Positions 20,514-30,351 of a stretch of DNA of 64,000 nucleotides are shown here, in pieces. Made by a program: the position numbers and the translations under genes. Each line of letters begins with the position of its first letter. Position 1 is the first letter of the stretch. The DNA comes from Terriglobia bacterium. GTDB taxonomy: Bacteria > Acidobacteriota > Terriglobia > JAJPHL01 > JAPKYU01. The notes under the pieces were generated by a model. The model had not been told where the DNA came from. It searched no databases and saw only the letters and a program-made list of their open reading frames with translations. The stretch is from contig CBDCVK010000008.1 of assembly GCA_965223005.1 (NCBI GenBank), positions 96,001-160,000 on the forward strand, read 5' to 3'.

Positions 20514-21470
20514 ATGAAAGTGGTCTTGGCCCACGATGTGGGCGAGGGGTTCGTAAAAGATATGCGAGCGACCTTTCCCGCGCTTGACTTTCGAGTTGCG
20601 TACACCGTGAAAGAACAGCTACGGGAGGTCCCGGACGCTGAGATCCAAATTGGCGAAATTACCCGGGACGTGTTCCTGGCGGCAAAACGCCTGCGCTGGT
20701 TCCAGTACATCGGTATCGGATTCGACCACATTGTCGAAAGCATTCCTGAATTAGTGGAAAGCGACGTGGTGATGACCAATTGTCGCAAGACGCATGTCAT
20801 CTCGATGGCAGACCATGCGTTCGCCATGATCCTGGCTTTTGCTCACAACGTTCCTCAATTGATCGAGGACCAGCGGGCGCATCGCTGGGACACCTTGAAG
20901 TATTTCGGACGAATGAGAGAACTGGCGGGCACGACGATGGGGATCGTAGCTATGGGGGATATCGGCAAAGCTGTCGCCGAACGGGCCCGGGGATTCGATA
21001 TGGAGGTTTACGGAGTCGACATCCAGAAAATGCCCCCGCCACCGGGTGTGCGCGAAGTGTGGACGCTCGACCGTTTGGATGATCTCATGGCGCTCTCCGA
21101 CTACCTCGTTGTCACTGCCCCACTGACGGCCCAGACGCGCGGCATCATTAATCGAAAGCGCCTGGAACGGCTCAAGAAGGGCGCCGTCGTCGTTGTGGTT
21201 TCAAGAGGTCAGATCGTCGAGGAAGAACCTCTGATTGAGGCCCTGCGATCTGGGCACGTCGCCGGAGCTGGCCTGGACGTGTTTGCCCAGGAACCGCTTC
21301 CCGCCGACAGTCCTCTGTGGGACGCACCCAACGTATTGATTTCGCCTCATATCTCAGCGGATTCATCGCAAATGTGGGAACGCCGCAAGCAAATCTGCAA
21401 GGATAATCTGCGCCGCTATCTAGCCGGCGAGCAGTTGGTTTATGTCTGCGACAAGAAAGCCGGTTTCTAG
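20514..21470 (+). CDS. D-2-hydroxyacid dehydrogenase (NAD-binding)
   Basis: GIVAMGDIG, PLTAQTRG, VSRGQIV, AGLDVFAQEPL.DSPLW and ISPHIS. Confidence 0.92.
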   Translation: MKVVLAHDVGEGFVKDMRATFPALDFRVAYTVKEQLREVPDAEIQIGEITRDVFLAAKRLRWFQYIGIGFDHIVESIPELVESDVVMTNCRKTHVISMADHAFAMILAFAHNVPQLIEDQRAHRWDTLKYFGRMRELAGTTMGIVAMGDIGKAVAERARGFDMEVYGVDIQKMPPPPGVREVWTLDRLDDLMALSDYLVVTAPLTAQTRGIINRKRLERLKKGAVVVVVSRGQIVEEEPLIEALRSGHVAGAGLDVFAQEPLPADSPLWDAPNVLISPHISADSSQMWERRKQICKDNLRRYLAGEQLVYVCDKKAGF

Positions 21471-21609
21471 AGGTAGAGTCATTTGCGCCGCGATCGGACT
21501 GTCTCCGTTTGCAGAATCGGGTGAGGGCGGGTAGGATGAGCCGTCTGACACGCATGGTCGCTGAACCATTTCCAAATTGAACAGCACGTAAACCACTTGG
21601 AGCGAACCG

Positions 21610-22383
21610 ATGAGACGAAGCTTGATGCTGGAAAAGTTGAGACGCGGAGAATACGTAGTCATGTCGCAGTGCTTTATCCTCCCTCACTGGAAGCTGATCG
21701 ACATGATGGGCGTCATTGGTTTTGACGGCGTCTGGATTGAAAACGAGCATAGCGACTTCAACTACAGCGAACTGTCGCAGATGATCCTGGCAGCGCGAGC
21801 CCACGATATGGATTCGATTGTCCGAATCGCGCGCACCGGATACACGGGGACCATCAAGGTGCTGGAAGCCAGTGCCACTGGAATCATTGTCCCCCACTGC
21901 ATGGGAGGCGAGGATGCGAAGGCCATTGTCCGCGAAGCCAAGTATGGGCCGATGGGAATGCGTGGCTCCGGCGGCAGCGTCGACGCGGAATACGGCACGG
22001 TCCCTGAAATGGAGTATTACAAGCACGCCAACCGCGAGACCTTGGTCGCCGTCATCATTGAAGACAAAGAGGCGGTGGATGACGTGGACGCGATCGCCGG
22101 CACCGAGGGGATTGATGTGCTCCTGCTCGGCCCGGGCGACCTGTCTCAGAGTTATGGCCTCGTAGGGCAGTCCCGCCACAAAGTTATCGAGGACGCGATC
22201 GACGCGATGGCTAAGGCTTGTGCGAAGCACGGCAAGTGGTGGGGAATGCCCGTAGCCAATCGGGATGCTGCCAAGAAAGCGTTTCAGCGCGGCGCGCGCG
22301 TCATGCAAGCAGCCAACGAGCAAGACATCCTGGTGTCTGAGTTTCGCAAGATGAAGGAGTCGTTCAAGAACCTCAGCGCCTGA
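21610..22383 (+). CDS. HpcH/HpaI class II pyruvate aldolase family protein
   Basis: GFDGVWIENEH, IVRI, GIIVPH, P.G.RG, IIED.EAV and GPGDLS. Confidence 0.88.
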   Translation: MRRSLMLEKLRRGEYVVMSQCFILPHWKLIDMMGVIGFDGVWIENEHSDFNYSELSQMILAARAHDMDSIVRIARTGYTGTIKVLEASATGIIVPHCMGGEDAKAIVREAKYGPMGMRGSGGSVDAEYGTVPEMEYYKHANRETLVAVIIEDKEAVDDVDAIAGTEGIDVLLLGPGDLSQSYGLVGQSRHKVIEDAIDAMAKACAKHGKWWGMPVANRDAAKKAFQRGARVMQAANEQDILVSEFRKMKESFKNLSA

Positions 22384-22414
22384 CACGGCCGCGGGCAGAA
22401 ACCCTCAGCTCCTG

Positions 22415-23238
22415 CTAGTGCGTCTCCAGCAATCGCATGAGGGTGCGATAGGCGGAGCTTGCAGCCTCGTCCACCTCGGCAACAGGAGGCCAGCCCCGGT
22501 CGTCGAACTCGATCTCCACGCTCAGCGCACCTCGATAGCCTCCGTCGTCCAAGATGTTGAGCACCCTTTCGAAGTCAATTTCACCCATTCCTATGGGCGG
22601 AAAGTTCCATACTCCCTTGCCGCCGATCTTATCCTTCAGATGGATGTGCGCCATTTCGGGGACAGCAACCGGCAGGTCTTCGTAGGGCAAGGTATCGCCG
22701 AAATAGATGCAGTTGGCGGTATCGTAGTTGATCTTAACGTTTGGGTCATTGACCGCGCGGGGGTGACCGCGCGAACCGTGGCCAAAGCGAGTTTGCCGTT
22801 GGCAGTGTGCTTGCCGTGCACTTCCAGGCCAATCGTGACACCGTTTTTTCGGGCATGGTCCGCCACCTCCCCGACGTTGGCCAGAAACGGGGGTAAGTCC
22901 TCTTCCAGGCCGGCTCCGCCGAGTGTATTCACCACAACCCCGGCGCCAAGCTTTGGAGCAAGGCTGATGAGTTTCTTGGATCGCTCGACGTCGCCTTTCC
23001 TCATCATGCCGATGTTGCCGTTTAGAGCCACGACCTTGAGACGGTACTGCTGAAGCTTGGCCAGCAGGGCCTCGACTGCGGCGTCGTCCATGTCGAGGGA
23101 AACGTGTTCTGCATGTGGTGGGTTGGCTGCCATCTCCACATAGCCGCACCCGGCCCGATGAATCCCTTTCAGTGCAGCTTCCAGGCCGTAGTGATGGTAA
23201 ATCCCGGTGCCCAGAGCAACGATCTTCGACAAACTCAT
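22415..23238 (-). pseudogene. Sugar-phosphate isomerase/epimerase (xylose-isomerase-like TIM barrel), frameshifted as assembled
   Basis: The N-half (..IGLEVHG..) and C-half (NYDTAN, HIHLKD, IGMGEIDF, SVEIE) join into 269 aa if a 14-nt insert at 22750-22773 is removed. Confidence 0.8.
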
Positions 23239-23306
23239 GGTTCACCCCTTCTGGCTTGCGGACTTAGTCCGTCAAGTGAAACAGGGTCTAATCTCTTACG
23301 ACTCTC

Positions 23307-25031
23307 TTACGACGACAGCCGGTCCAGAATATTACGAGTTATCCTTTCCACGACTTTGTCTCCACCGCGCAGGCCGTCGGACCAGTTCGTCGAACCCACG
23401 GTGACCACAGTGCCCCCTTGAGTGTAGACACCAAGGACTTACGACTCTCCGACGACCCGGGCTGGGGACTTTGTCTCCACCGCGCAGGCCGTCGGAGCCG
23501 GTGAGCCCCCTTGAGTGTAGACACCAAGGACTGCCGCGCCGGCTGGGGAGCGCCCTCCCGAAGCGCCTCCGAAGCCGAGCGACCCATCGCCGGCGCACAA
23601 CCCGGCGGGACCGGTGGCAAGGATTTGAAAGCCACCGGGGGTGCCGTCACGATGGGTGGGGACAGGAAGTCCCTCCTGCAGCTCGAAAAGGCAGCCGTCG
23701 CACTCATACCCAACGATCTTGTTCGTTGCGCCGAAAAGATCTCCTTGCCTTAGACCAGTCCCTTCAAAAATCCAGTGGTTGGGCCGATGGACTGTGTAAG
23801 CTCCGGACCCATCCCGGAACTGATCGAAAAAGCGATGGTAGCCTCCGTAGGCGTAGCTGACTCCGGTGAGTTGATTCTCAGGCCGGTTGATCAGGCGACT
23901 ACACCACAGTGTAGTCAGCACCTTGTTGTTGCTTTTGTAACAAAGGTCCTGCTCGTAGGCTTCCTTCCAGCACACCAGGGCATGGCCGCCGTCTTCGGAG
24001 CGGACCTGCCAATAAACGACGTTGCCGCTGAGGAAAGCCACGTTGCCTCCACCGGCAATGAACGCCTCCAAGTGGTCGCGCATGGGCGATGACCAGTACT
24101 CGTCGTGTCCGACACTCAAAACGAGCCGATAGTGTTGAAGAGTTTCGGGGTGGAACTCCAGGTCCGAGTTGACGGCATAGTCAAACCTGTACCCGGCCCT
24201 CTCGGCCCACTCAACGAACGGCCGTTCCCAATTTTGCCAGCAGCTTTGAAAGGTGCTGAACCCGTCGAAGACTTGGAGCTTCTTTTTCCCTTTCTGGATC
24301 CGTAAGGTCACTGCGGGTTCGAGGATATGCCACTGGGTGCCGGTCTGCCCGTCAGACGCACCCTCGGCTTGACCGCTGTTGGTGGTAATGGTTGCAAGGT
24401 CCGTGAATGAGACACCGTGCTTTGAGAATTCTGTTCGAAGCCGCGGCGAGATCGTCCCTTCCTCCAGATCGACTTCGCATTCGGCTCCGATGTTAAACAA
24501 GAACCTTCCCTCGAATCCAACGGAGCCCGCAAAGGGGCGGTCGAAGGAAACCCGCCGCGCGGGCCCATCCGTACCTCGATACAGATCCGCGCCCCCCCAG
24601 GTGTTGTAAGCGTTGTCGGTGTTCGTGCTTCGCTGCAGCAGAATCTTTGAGTCTCGACCGGGATGCGCCGCTCGGACCACAAAGGACATCTCTCCTCTAG
24701 CACTCTGGCCTGTTGCACTTTGCTTGCCGGCGCCGGAACCGTGCCCGTGCAAGGCCACGCTGTAGTAGCCAGACTTCCAATGCTCCGGCACAGGCACTTT
24801 CAGCGCTATTGGCCAGTTGCATCCATGCGAGACACAATTTTCTGGAACCGGATACTCGGTGCCCGGCAGACCTTCTTTGGTCCAGACCACCTCCCTATTC
24901 GCGCCCACACGGGCGATCTGAACCGAGTACCTCTTTGCATCGGTTGAGATGTGGAACCCGATCTGATCACCGGCCTTGACGCTGAGTTGATCGGTGTAGC
25001 CTTGGATGGTAGGTTTGGATTTCCTATTCAT
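23307..25031 (-). CDS. N,N-dimethylformamidase beta-subunit-like protein, interrupted near the 3' end by a degraded 93-nt duplication
   Basis: WKSGYY, AYNTWGG, VSFDRP, SVGHDEYWS, FLSGN...WQVR and VGYECDG; the proper C-terminus GTVVTVGSTNW.DGL...VERITRNILDRL lies in frame at 23438-23307. Confidence 0.8.
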
Positions 25032-25171
25032 GTGGAGCACTCCATACCTAACGGCAATGAGTAGGTTCGCTTTCGAGGTTGAGATTCTATCCCACAACGG
25101 TCGCCTCCAGAAGGTGTCCGTCGAGCTAGAATGACCTAGCCAAGGAATGATCTAGCCAAGGAGGGGTTTGT

Positions 25172-26485
25172 ATGTGTCCTCACCGAATGCTTGCCGCTTT
25201 CAAAGCTTCACTAGCCTGCTGGATTGCGCTCTGCCTGTGCCCGGCATCTTTGCTTGGACAGGGCTCGCTGGGGCAGGGCAAATCTCCTGCGAAGCCGAAC
25301 TTCGCGGCAACGTTCGAGCAACAAAAAATCGATTATCTGCGGACTCTTCTACCCTCCATCGAAAAGATCCAGAACTTCATCGACAAAGGAGAGGCGCCGG
25401 CCTCCGGTTACCATCCAAATGCGGGTTGGACCTACGATGCAGAGCTGGGTTGGGTGTTGCGGGATACCATTCGACAGGATGAGGGTGTTGATGGATCGCG
25501 GACTTTTTATCGTTATGAAAAAAGTGGCGCCCGGAGGAGAGTGCATTTCGCCGATACCACGGCCCGGATCCACACCTACGGTGACAGCTTCACGCACTGC
25601 GATCAGGTTAGCGACGGTGAAACTTGGCAGGAATATTTAGCGGCTCACCTGAGGGAGCCTATTGAAAACTTCGGCGTTGGAGGCTACAGCGTCTATCAAG
25701 CGTACAAACGGATGAAAGTTGTCGAAAAGACGCATCCGGCCGAATACATTGTCCTCAATATTTACGACGATGACCACTATCGCAACCTCGACCCTTGGCG
25801 CAGCATCGGCCGACACGATGTCCGTGAAGGCACGCTCCCGCACGTTCGAGCCAACGTGAGCAAGGACCACATTGTCGAGGTCCCGAATCTTTGCCCCACG
25901 CCACAGCACGTGTACAAACTCCGGAACTTGAACTGGGTCTTGGAAACTTTCGGGGACGATCCGGTCTTGCACCGAGCTGTCCTGGCTGCGAAAGCAGGGC
26001 CCATCCCCGCCCAGGCGGTCTCGGATCTGGCGGCACATTTTGGAGTGCCCTACTCGCCCGCGGGCCGAGCCACGGTGGGCGCAGAGGACCTGGAGAAGAT
26101 TCACACTCAGGCGGCTCTTTTCTCCACCATCAAGGTTCTCCAGATGGTGGAGAGATACGTCGGAGAGACTTGCAAGAAACTTTTCGTCATTCTTTCCTAT
26201 AGTCCTGCGAATATGAAGCGTCACCTACAGGGCGAGGATCGCTTTGACCAGGTTTTAGTCGATTACTTGAAGACTCAGGAGTACCCGTTCGTGGATTTGA
26301 GGGAAAGGCATCACGCCGAATTCAAGAGTTTCGACTTGGACGTCGATACCTACATCAAGCGCTACTACATCGGGCACTACAACCCGTCGGGCAACTTTTT
26401 CAGCGCCTGGGCCATCAAGGACAAGGTCGTTGAGTGGTTGGACCCGAAACCGAAACCATATCGAAGCCAAGCGGAGATTGACTAA
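25172..26485 (+). CDS. Secreted SGNH/GDSL-hydrolase-like protein
   Basis: Block I YGDSFT, block II NFGVGGY and block V IGHYNPSGN; signal peptide; AAGGAGG RBS. Confidence 0.7.
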   Translation: MCPHRMLAAFKASLACWIALCLCPASLLGQGSLGQGKSPAKPNFAATFEQQKIDYLRTLLPSIEKIQNFIDKGEAPASGYHPNAGWTYDAELGWVLRDTIRQDEGVDGSRTFYRYEKSGARRRVHFADTTARIHTYGDSFTHCDQVSDGETWQEYLAAHLREPIENFGVGGYSVYQAYKRMKVVEKTHPAEYIVLNIYDDDHYRNLDPWRSIGRHDVREGTLPHVRANVSKDHIVEVPNLCPTPQHVYKLRNLNWVLETFGDDPVLHRAVLAAKAGPIPAQAVSDLAAHFGVPYSPAGRATVGAEDLEKIHTQAALFSTIKVLQMVERYVGETCKKLFVILSYSPANMKRHLQGEDRFDQVLVDYLKTQEYPFVDLRERHHAEFKSFDLDVDTYIKRYYIGHYNPSGNFFSAWAIKDKVVEWLDPKPKPYRSQAEID

Positions 26486-26537
26486 GTAATCGATACAGCT
26501 CCGGCCCCGGCCAGCCTCAGACACCTCTCAGTGCGAG

Positions 26538-28469
26538 CTAATCCCTGCCCGCAGTCCCTTTTGGGCCGGGGCCTTTTCTGGCCGACGGCAGGCGAGGCGG
26601 AGGGACACGGGCTTTTTCTCGGCCGTGAGATCTGCGTTTCACGATCCCCTTGCCTTCCTGAATCACAACCAGGTGGTTGGCGGGAAGATCCCGAAAGGTT
26701 TCGACCTTGCCCTGTGGCCAGCGGATGGTGAGATTGGCTTTGGTTTCGGTCCCAAGTCCGAAGTGGACGCGGAAATCGCCCTGCGAAATGTGGTAGCCGC
26801 CGCTGCGCACCTCTTCGACCTGTTTCTTTCCTTTTGAGGTCAGCGTCAGGCGCGCTCCGACCGCGTCGCGGCCGGAACGATGGAGGGCGCGAACCTGCAA
26901 AGCGGTGCCTTTCTCTCCGAAATTCTTCAGCAGCGACGGGGGTTCGTGCATGTTGACGACGACGATCTCCAGATCCCCGTCGTTATCCAGGTCGCCTAGC
27001 GCGACGCCCCGGGAGGAGTGCTTCGCCTGGATTCCCTCGCCAGCCTGTGGGGAGATGTCATAGAACTGTTTGTCGCGCCGGTTCCAGAAGAGCAAGCGCT
27101 GCTGGTGGAACTTCTCGTTGATCGGCAACTGGTCCACCCCCGGGTAGACGTGCCCGTTCGCTAAGAAAATGTCTTTCCAGCCGTCCTGGTCGAAGTCCAG
27201 GAAAGCTGCCCCCCAGCCGAGAAATTTCGTGTGGATTGCCAACCCGGCTGGCACCGTCACGTCGGAGAAGGTGCCGTCCCCGAGGTTGCGGTACAGGTTC
27301 GGGACGTCGTCGGAGAAGTTGGTCTTCAGGATGTCAAGGTGACCGTCGCGGTCATAATCGCCGGCTGCCGCGCCCATGCCTGCCTGCATCTGGCCGTCCT
27401 CATTGTAGGCCGCGCCCGAATACACGCCGATCTCTTCGAAGGTGCCGTCGCGGCGGTTGCGATAGAGCATGCTGGCAGTGGAGTCGCAGGCTACGTACAT
27501 GTCGGGCCAGCCGTCGTCGTCAAAGTCCCCGCTCAGCGCTGTGAATCCGTAGAAGTCTTTTGGTCCCGCGACGTTGGATTTCTCTGAGACATCAGTGAAA
27601 GAGCCGCGGCCGTCATTCTGGTAGAGCGACATGGTCTCTGGGGGCAGCCCGCGCGGCCCGCAGATCACCGGGAAACCTTTCCACCTGCAGTTGGGGTTCT
27701 TGCCCGGACGTGGCGTTGAGGCGGGGTCAAACTCCACGTAGTTGGCAACGAACAGATCCAGGTCGCCGTCGCGGTCGTAATCGAAGAACGAACAGCCGGT
27801 GCTCCAGCGCTGCGCCGGCGCGGACAGCCCCCGGGCCTTGGTTTCATCCTGGAAGGTTCCGGTGCCCTGGTTGCGGAACAATACGTTCTTGCCCCAGTGC
27901 GTGATCAGCAGGTCCGTGTGGCCGTCGTTGTCTACGTCGCCGGCGCAAACACCTTGCGCCCAGCCCGTGTGGACCAAGCCGGCTTTCTTGGTGACATCCT
28001 CGAATCTCAAGTTTCCGAGGTTGCGGTAGAGGTAGTGGCGCGGTTCCGGCCCGGAGCTGTCAAAGCGATCCCCGTTCACCAGCAGGATGTCCAGCAGGTC
28101 ATCGTTGTCGTAGTCGATCAGCGCGAGGCCCGTGCCGGTGGTTTCCACAATCCAGGTTTTGTTCTGCTTGTCGCCGGAAATGTTCCTTCCGGTAAGGCCA
28201 GCTTCCCGGGCCACGTCCTTATAGTTCACCTGCGGCGGTTTCATTCCTGGTGGGAGCGGCCTGGCCGGCTGGGCCTTCTGTGAACTGACGGCGACGCCTT
28301 GCGGCAGAGCCTGACGCGGAAGGCCGCCCGCCAGTAGAGCGACGGCTAACCCAAGGAGCAAGTGCAATGAACCCGTCGCCCAGCCGCCAGGTTTGCGACT
28401 TGCTGATCGTGAGAAGAATCGGAGAAGTCGAACCTGAGGAGGCACGAATGGCTTATTCCTTTTTCCCAT
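26538..28469 (-). CDS. CRTAC1-family protein (FG-GAP repeats + ASPIC/UnbV domain)
   Basis: Seven DxDxDG-type Ca-binding repeats (DYDNDD, DVDNDG, DYDRDG, DFDDDG, DYDRDG, DFDQDG, DLDNDG); ASPIC motif SGGYHISQ..RVHFGLG...IRWP.G. Confidence 0.92.
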   Translation of the reverse strand: MGKRNKPFVPPQVRLLRFFSRSASRKPGGWATGSLHLLLGLAVALLAGGLPRQALPQGVAVSSQKAQPARPLPPGMKPPQVNYKDVAREAGLTGRNISGDKQNKTWIVETTGTGLALIDYDNDDLLDILLVNGDRFDSSGPEPRHYLYRNLGNLRFEDVTKKAGLVHTGWAQGVCAGDVDNDGHTDLLITHWGKNVLFRNQGTGTFQDETKARGLSAPAQRWSTGCSFFDYDRDGDLDLFVANYVEFDPASTPRPGKNPNCRWKGFPVICGPRGLPPETMSLYQNDGRGSFTDVSEKSNVAGPKDFYGFTALSGDFDDDGWPDMYVACDSTASMLYRNRRDGTFEEIGVYSGAAYNEDGQMQAGMGAAAGDYDRDGHLDILKTNFSDDVPNLYRNLGDGTFSDVTVPAGLAIHTKFLGWGAAFLDFDQDGWKDIFLANGHVYPGVDQLPINEKFHQQRLLFWNRRDKQFYDISPQAGEGIQAKHSSRGVALGDLDNDGDLEIVVVNMHEPPSLLKNFGEKGTALQVRALHRSGRDAVGARLTLTSKGKKQVEEVRSGGYHISQGDFRVHFGLGTETKANLTIRWPQGKVETFRDLPANHLVVIQEGKGIVKRRSHGREKARVPPPRLPSARKGPGPKGTAGRD

Positions 28470-28640
28470 TCTCCCTTTTACTCATTCTAGGATATAGGAG
28501 TTTTGGCCGACATTCGAGACCACGGTGCCAATACCACCTTCGTTGTCCAGGTCGTCAGAGGCCGCCGCGATTCGGCCCAGAGAACCCTGCGAAGGACGAC
28601 CCTACTGTTGTGCGCGCGAAACGGCAGCCGTGGGAACAAT

Positions 28641-30230
28641 CTACTCGGGCAGGCGATCTTTCTTGGCCGCGTGTTCCTTAGCTCGCTGCAGGGCCCTGCG
28701 CGCCGTAAGGCTGTTCGGCATGACTTTGAGAAATCGGGAAATAGTCTCGTGAACTTTGTCTAACTGGCGGGCTTCCGCATAAATTCTACTCAATTCGATG
28801 TAGGCGCGGGAATAGGAAGGATCAAGCTTGATGGCCCGATCCAGAGCGGCAATTGCCTTGCCCCGATCACCCACCTTCTCCCAGCCTATGGCGACGCTCC
28901 GATGGGCGGAAGCGGACCCTGGTTGCAAGCGAAGCGCCTCCTGGAAGAACCGCAGCGAGGGGGAATGCGAGCCAGCGAACCAATTGGCCCAGCCAAGAGC
29001 TTCCAATACCGCTGGGTCCCCAGGCGACGACTTCTGGTAGAGGGAGAGCAGGCGGTGGCCTTCCTTGAAGTGATAGGCGGATACGTCATCTCGTCCAACT
29101 GAGATGTTCGCGAGGCCCAGGTTCCGAATTGCTAACTGGCCGGGCGGCTCATGCCAGGCGACGAGCTTCTGGCCTTGCCCTCCTGCACCGGGTTTTCCTG
29201 GCAGTCGCGAGATTCGGTGGTCGGTAAAGACCGTGTGGCCCCCATCGCTGACTTCCCGCTTCGACATATGGCAGCCTATGCAATTGCGCGAAGCAGCGGC
29301 GTGCGATTTGGCCAGTGTTGCGCCATGACAGGCGAGGCACCTGGCGCGGTAGTACTGTTGGGGACTTACAGGGTTTTCGTGCGGGTTGTGGCAGGAACCG
29401 CACCACATCTTCCCCGCGCTCTTTCGGAAGCATTCACTGAGTGAGAGGTGTTCGACGTGGCTGACCACTTTAAGCTCGTCATCCTCGGAGGTGGCACGCG
29501 TGCGCTCGAAGACGTATACGGAGAATACGTCTTCGAGCCGTTGGCCGGGTTGGAAGTCGGCGATCGAAAGACCTGGATTGGGGATTCGAACCTCGCCCGC
29601 GATATGGCATTGCTCGCAGACGCTGTCGCGCGCTCGCTGTGGAAGCTTTCGAGGATTAACAATGTTAGTTGATGAAGGCTGTTGGAGATGAGCCTCAGTA
29701 GGGCCGTGACATCGCTCACACGAGATCGCCTCGGCGGCAAACTCCGGCTGCTCGTAGCGATTCAGCGTGCCGCGGACCGGCATCGGCCGCCCGGAGTGAC
29801 ACAGCAAGCACTTCAGCGTCACCGGACGGTCAAAATCCGGATACCGGTGTTTTTCGAAGCCCGGCGCCATATCCCACTTCTTCTGCCGCGTGTAATAAGC
29901 GAGCGGTGACTGGAAAAGAGCGTCGCCAACACGTACCAAGTAAGTAAAACCGTGATTTCCCGAGCCGACAACGTAGTCGATTTCATGCTCGGCCCGTACG
30001 CCCTTCAGCTCGATTCGCTGCCGCATCCCCGATGGACTGGAGACTATCGTGAACTTGGTGCCAGAGGCCGAGTGCGTGAAACTGCCGGCAGGCTGCTCAT
30101 TGGGTCGGGACAGGGATCGGCCCATCCCAGTTCGTGCATATTCATTGACCTCTTTCGGATGGCAGATGGCACACCCATTTGTGGGCGCAGCGGATGCCGA
30201 AAGCAGAAAACTGAGGAACAGGCTCGTCAC
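28641..30230 (-). CDS. Multiheme (7 x CXXCH) cytochrome c with C-terminal TPRs
   Basis: CAICH, CLLCH, CERCH, CEQCH, CGSCH, CLACH and CIGCH; signal peptide; TPR helices (ALRLQP, AIKLDP). Confidence 0.9.
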   Translation of the reverse strand: MTSLFLSFLLSASAAPTNGCAICHPKEVNEYARTGMGRSLSRPNEQPAGSFTHSASGTKFTIVSSPSGMRQRIELKGVRAEHEIDYVVGSGNHGFTYLVRVGDALFQSPLAYYTRQKKWDMAPGFEKHRYPDFDRPVTLKCLLCHSGRPMPVRGTLNRYEQPEFAAEAISCERCHGPTEAHLQQPSSTNIVNPRKLPQRARDSVCEQCHIAGEVRIPNPGLSIADFQPGQRLEDVFSVYVFERTRATSEDDELKVVSHVEHLSLSECFRKSAGKMWCGSCHNPHENPVSPQQYYRARCLACHGATLAKSHAAASRNCIGCHMSKREVSDGGHTVFTDHRISRLPGKPGAGGQGQKLVAWHEPPGQLAIRNLGLANISVGRDDVSAYHFKEGHRLLSLYQKSSPGDPAVLEALGWANWFAGSHSPSLRFFQEALRLQPGSASAHRSVAIGWEKVGDRGKAIAALDRAIKLDPSYSRAYIELSRIYAEARQLDKVHETISRFLKVMPNSLTARRALQRAKEHAAKKDRLPE

Positions 30231-30351
30231 AGAACCATCACTTTGGTGCCTTCACCGATTATACCCCTACCTATTGAAGGCGCATTCGCCTATCGAGCTC
30301 TCGACGAGCGGGCGCTTGGCGACCGGGTTTTCGACGGATCGGTGCCGACTC

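Noticed and set aside
23352-23532. Alternating ~30-bp repeats as a mini-CRISPR or DGR template/variable pair
   Set aside because: They are a duplicated piece of the DMFase-like coding 3' end. The differences are mainly deletions rather than A-specific substitutions, and no reverse transcriptase is present.
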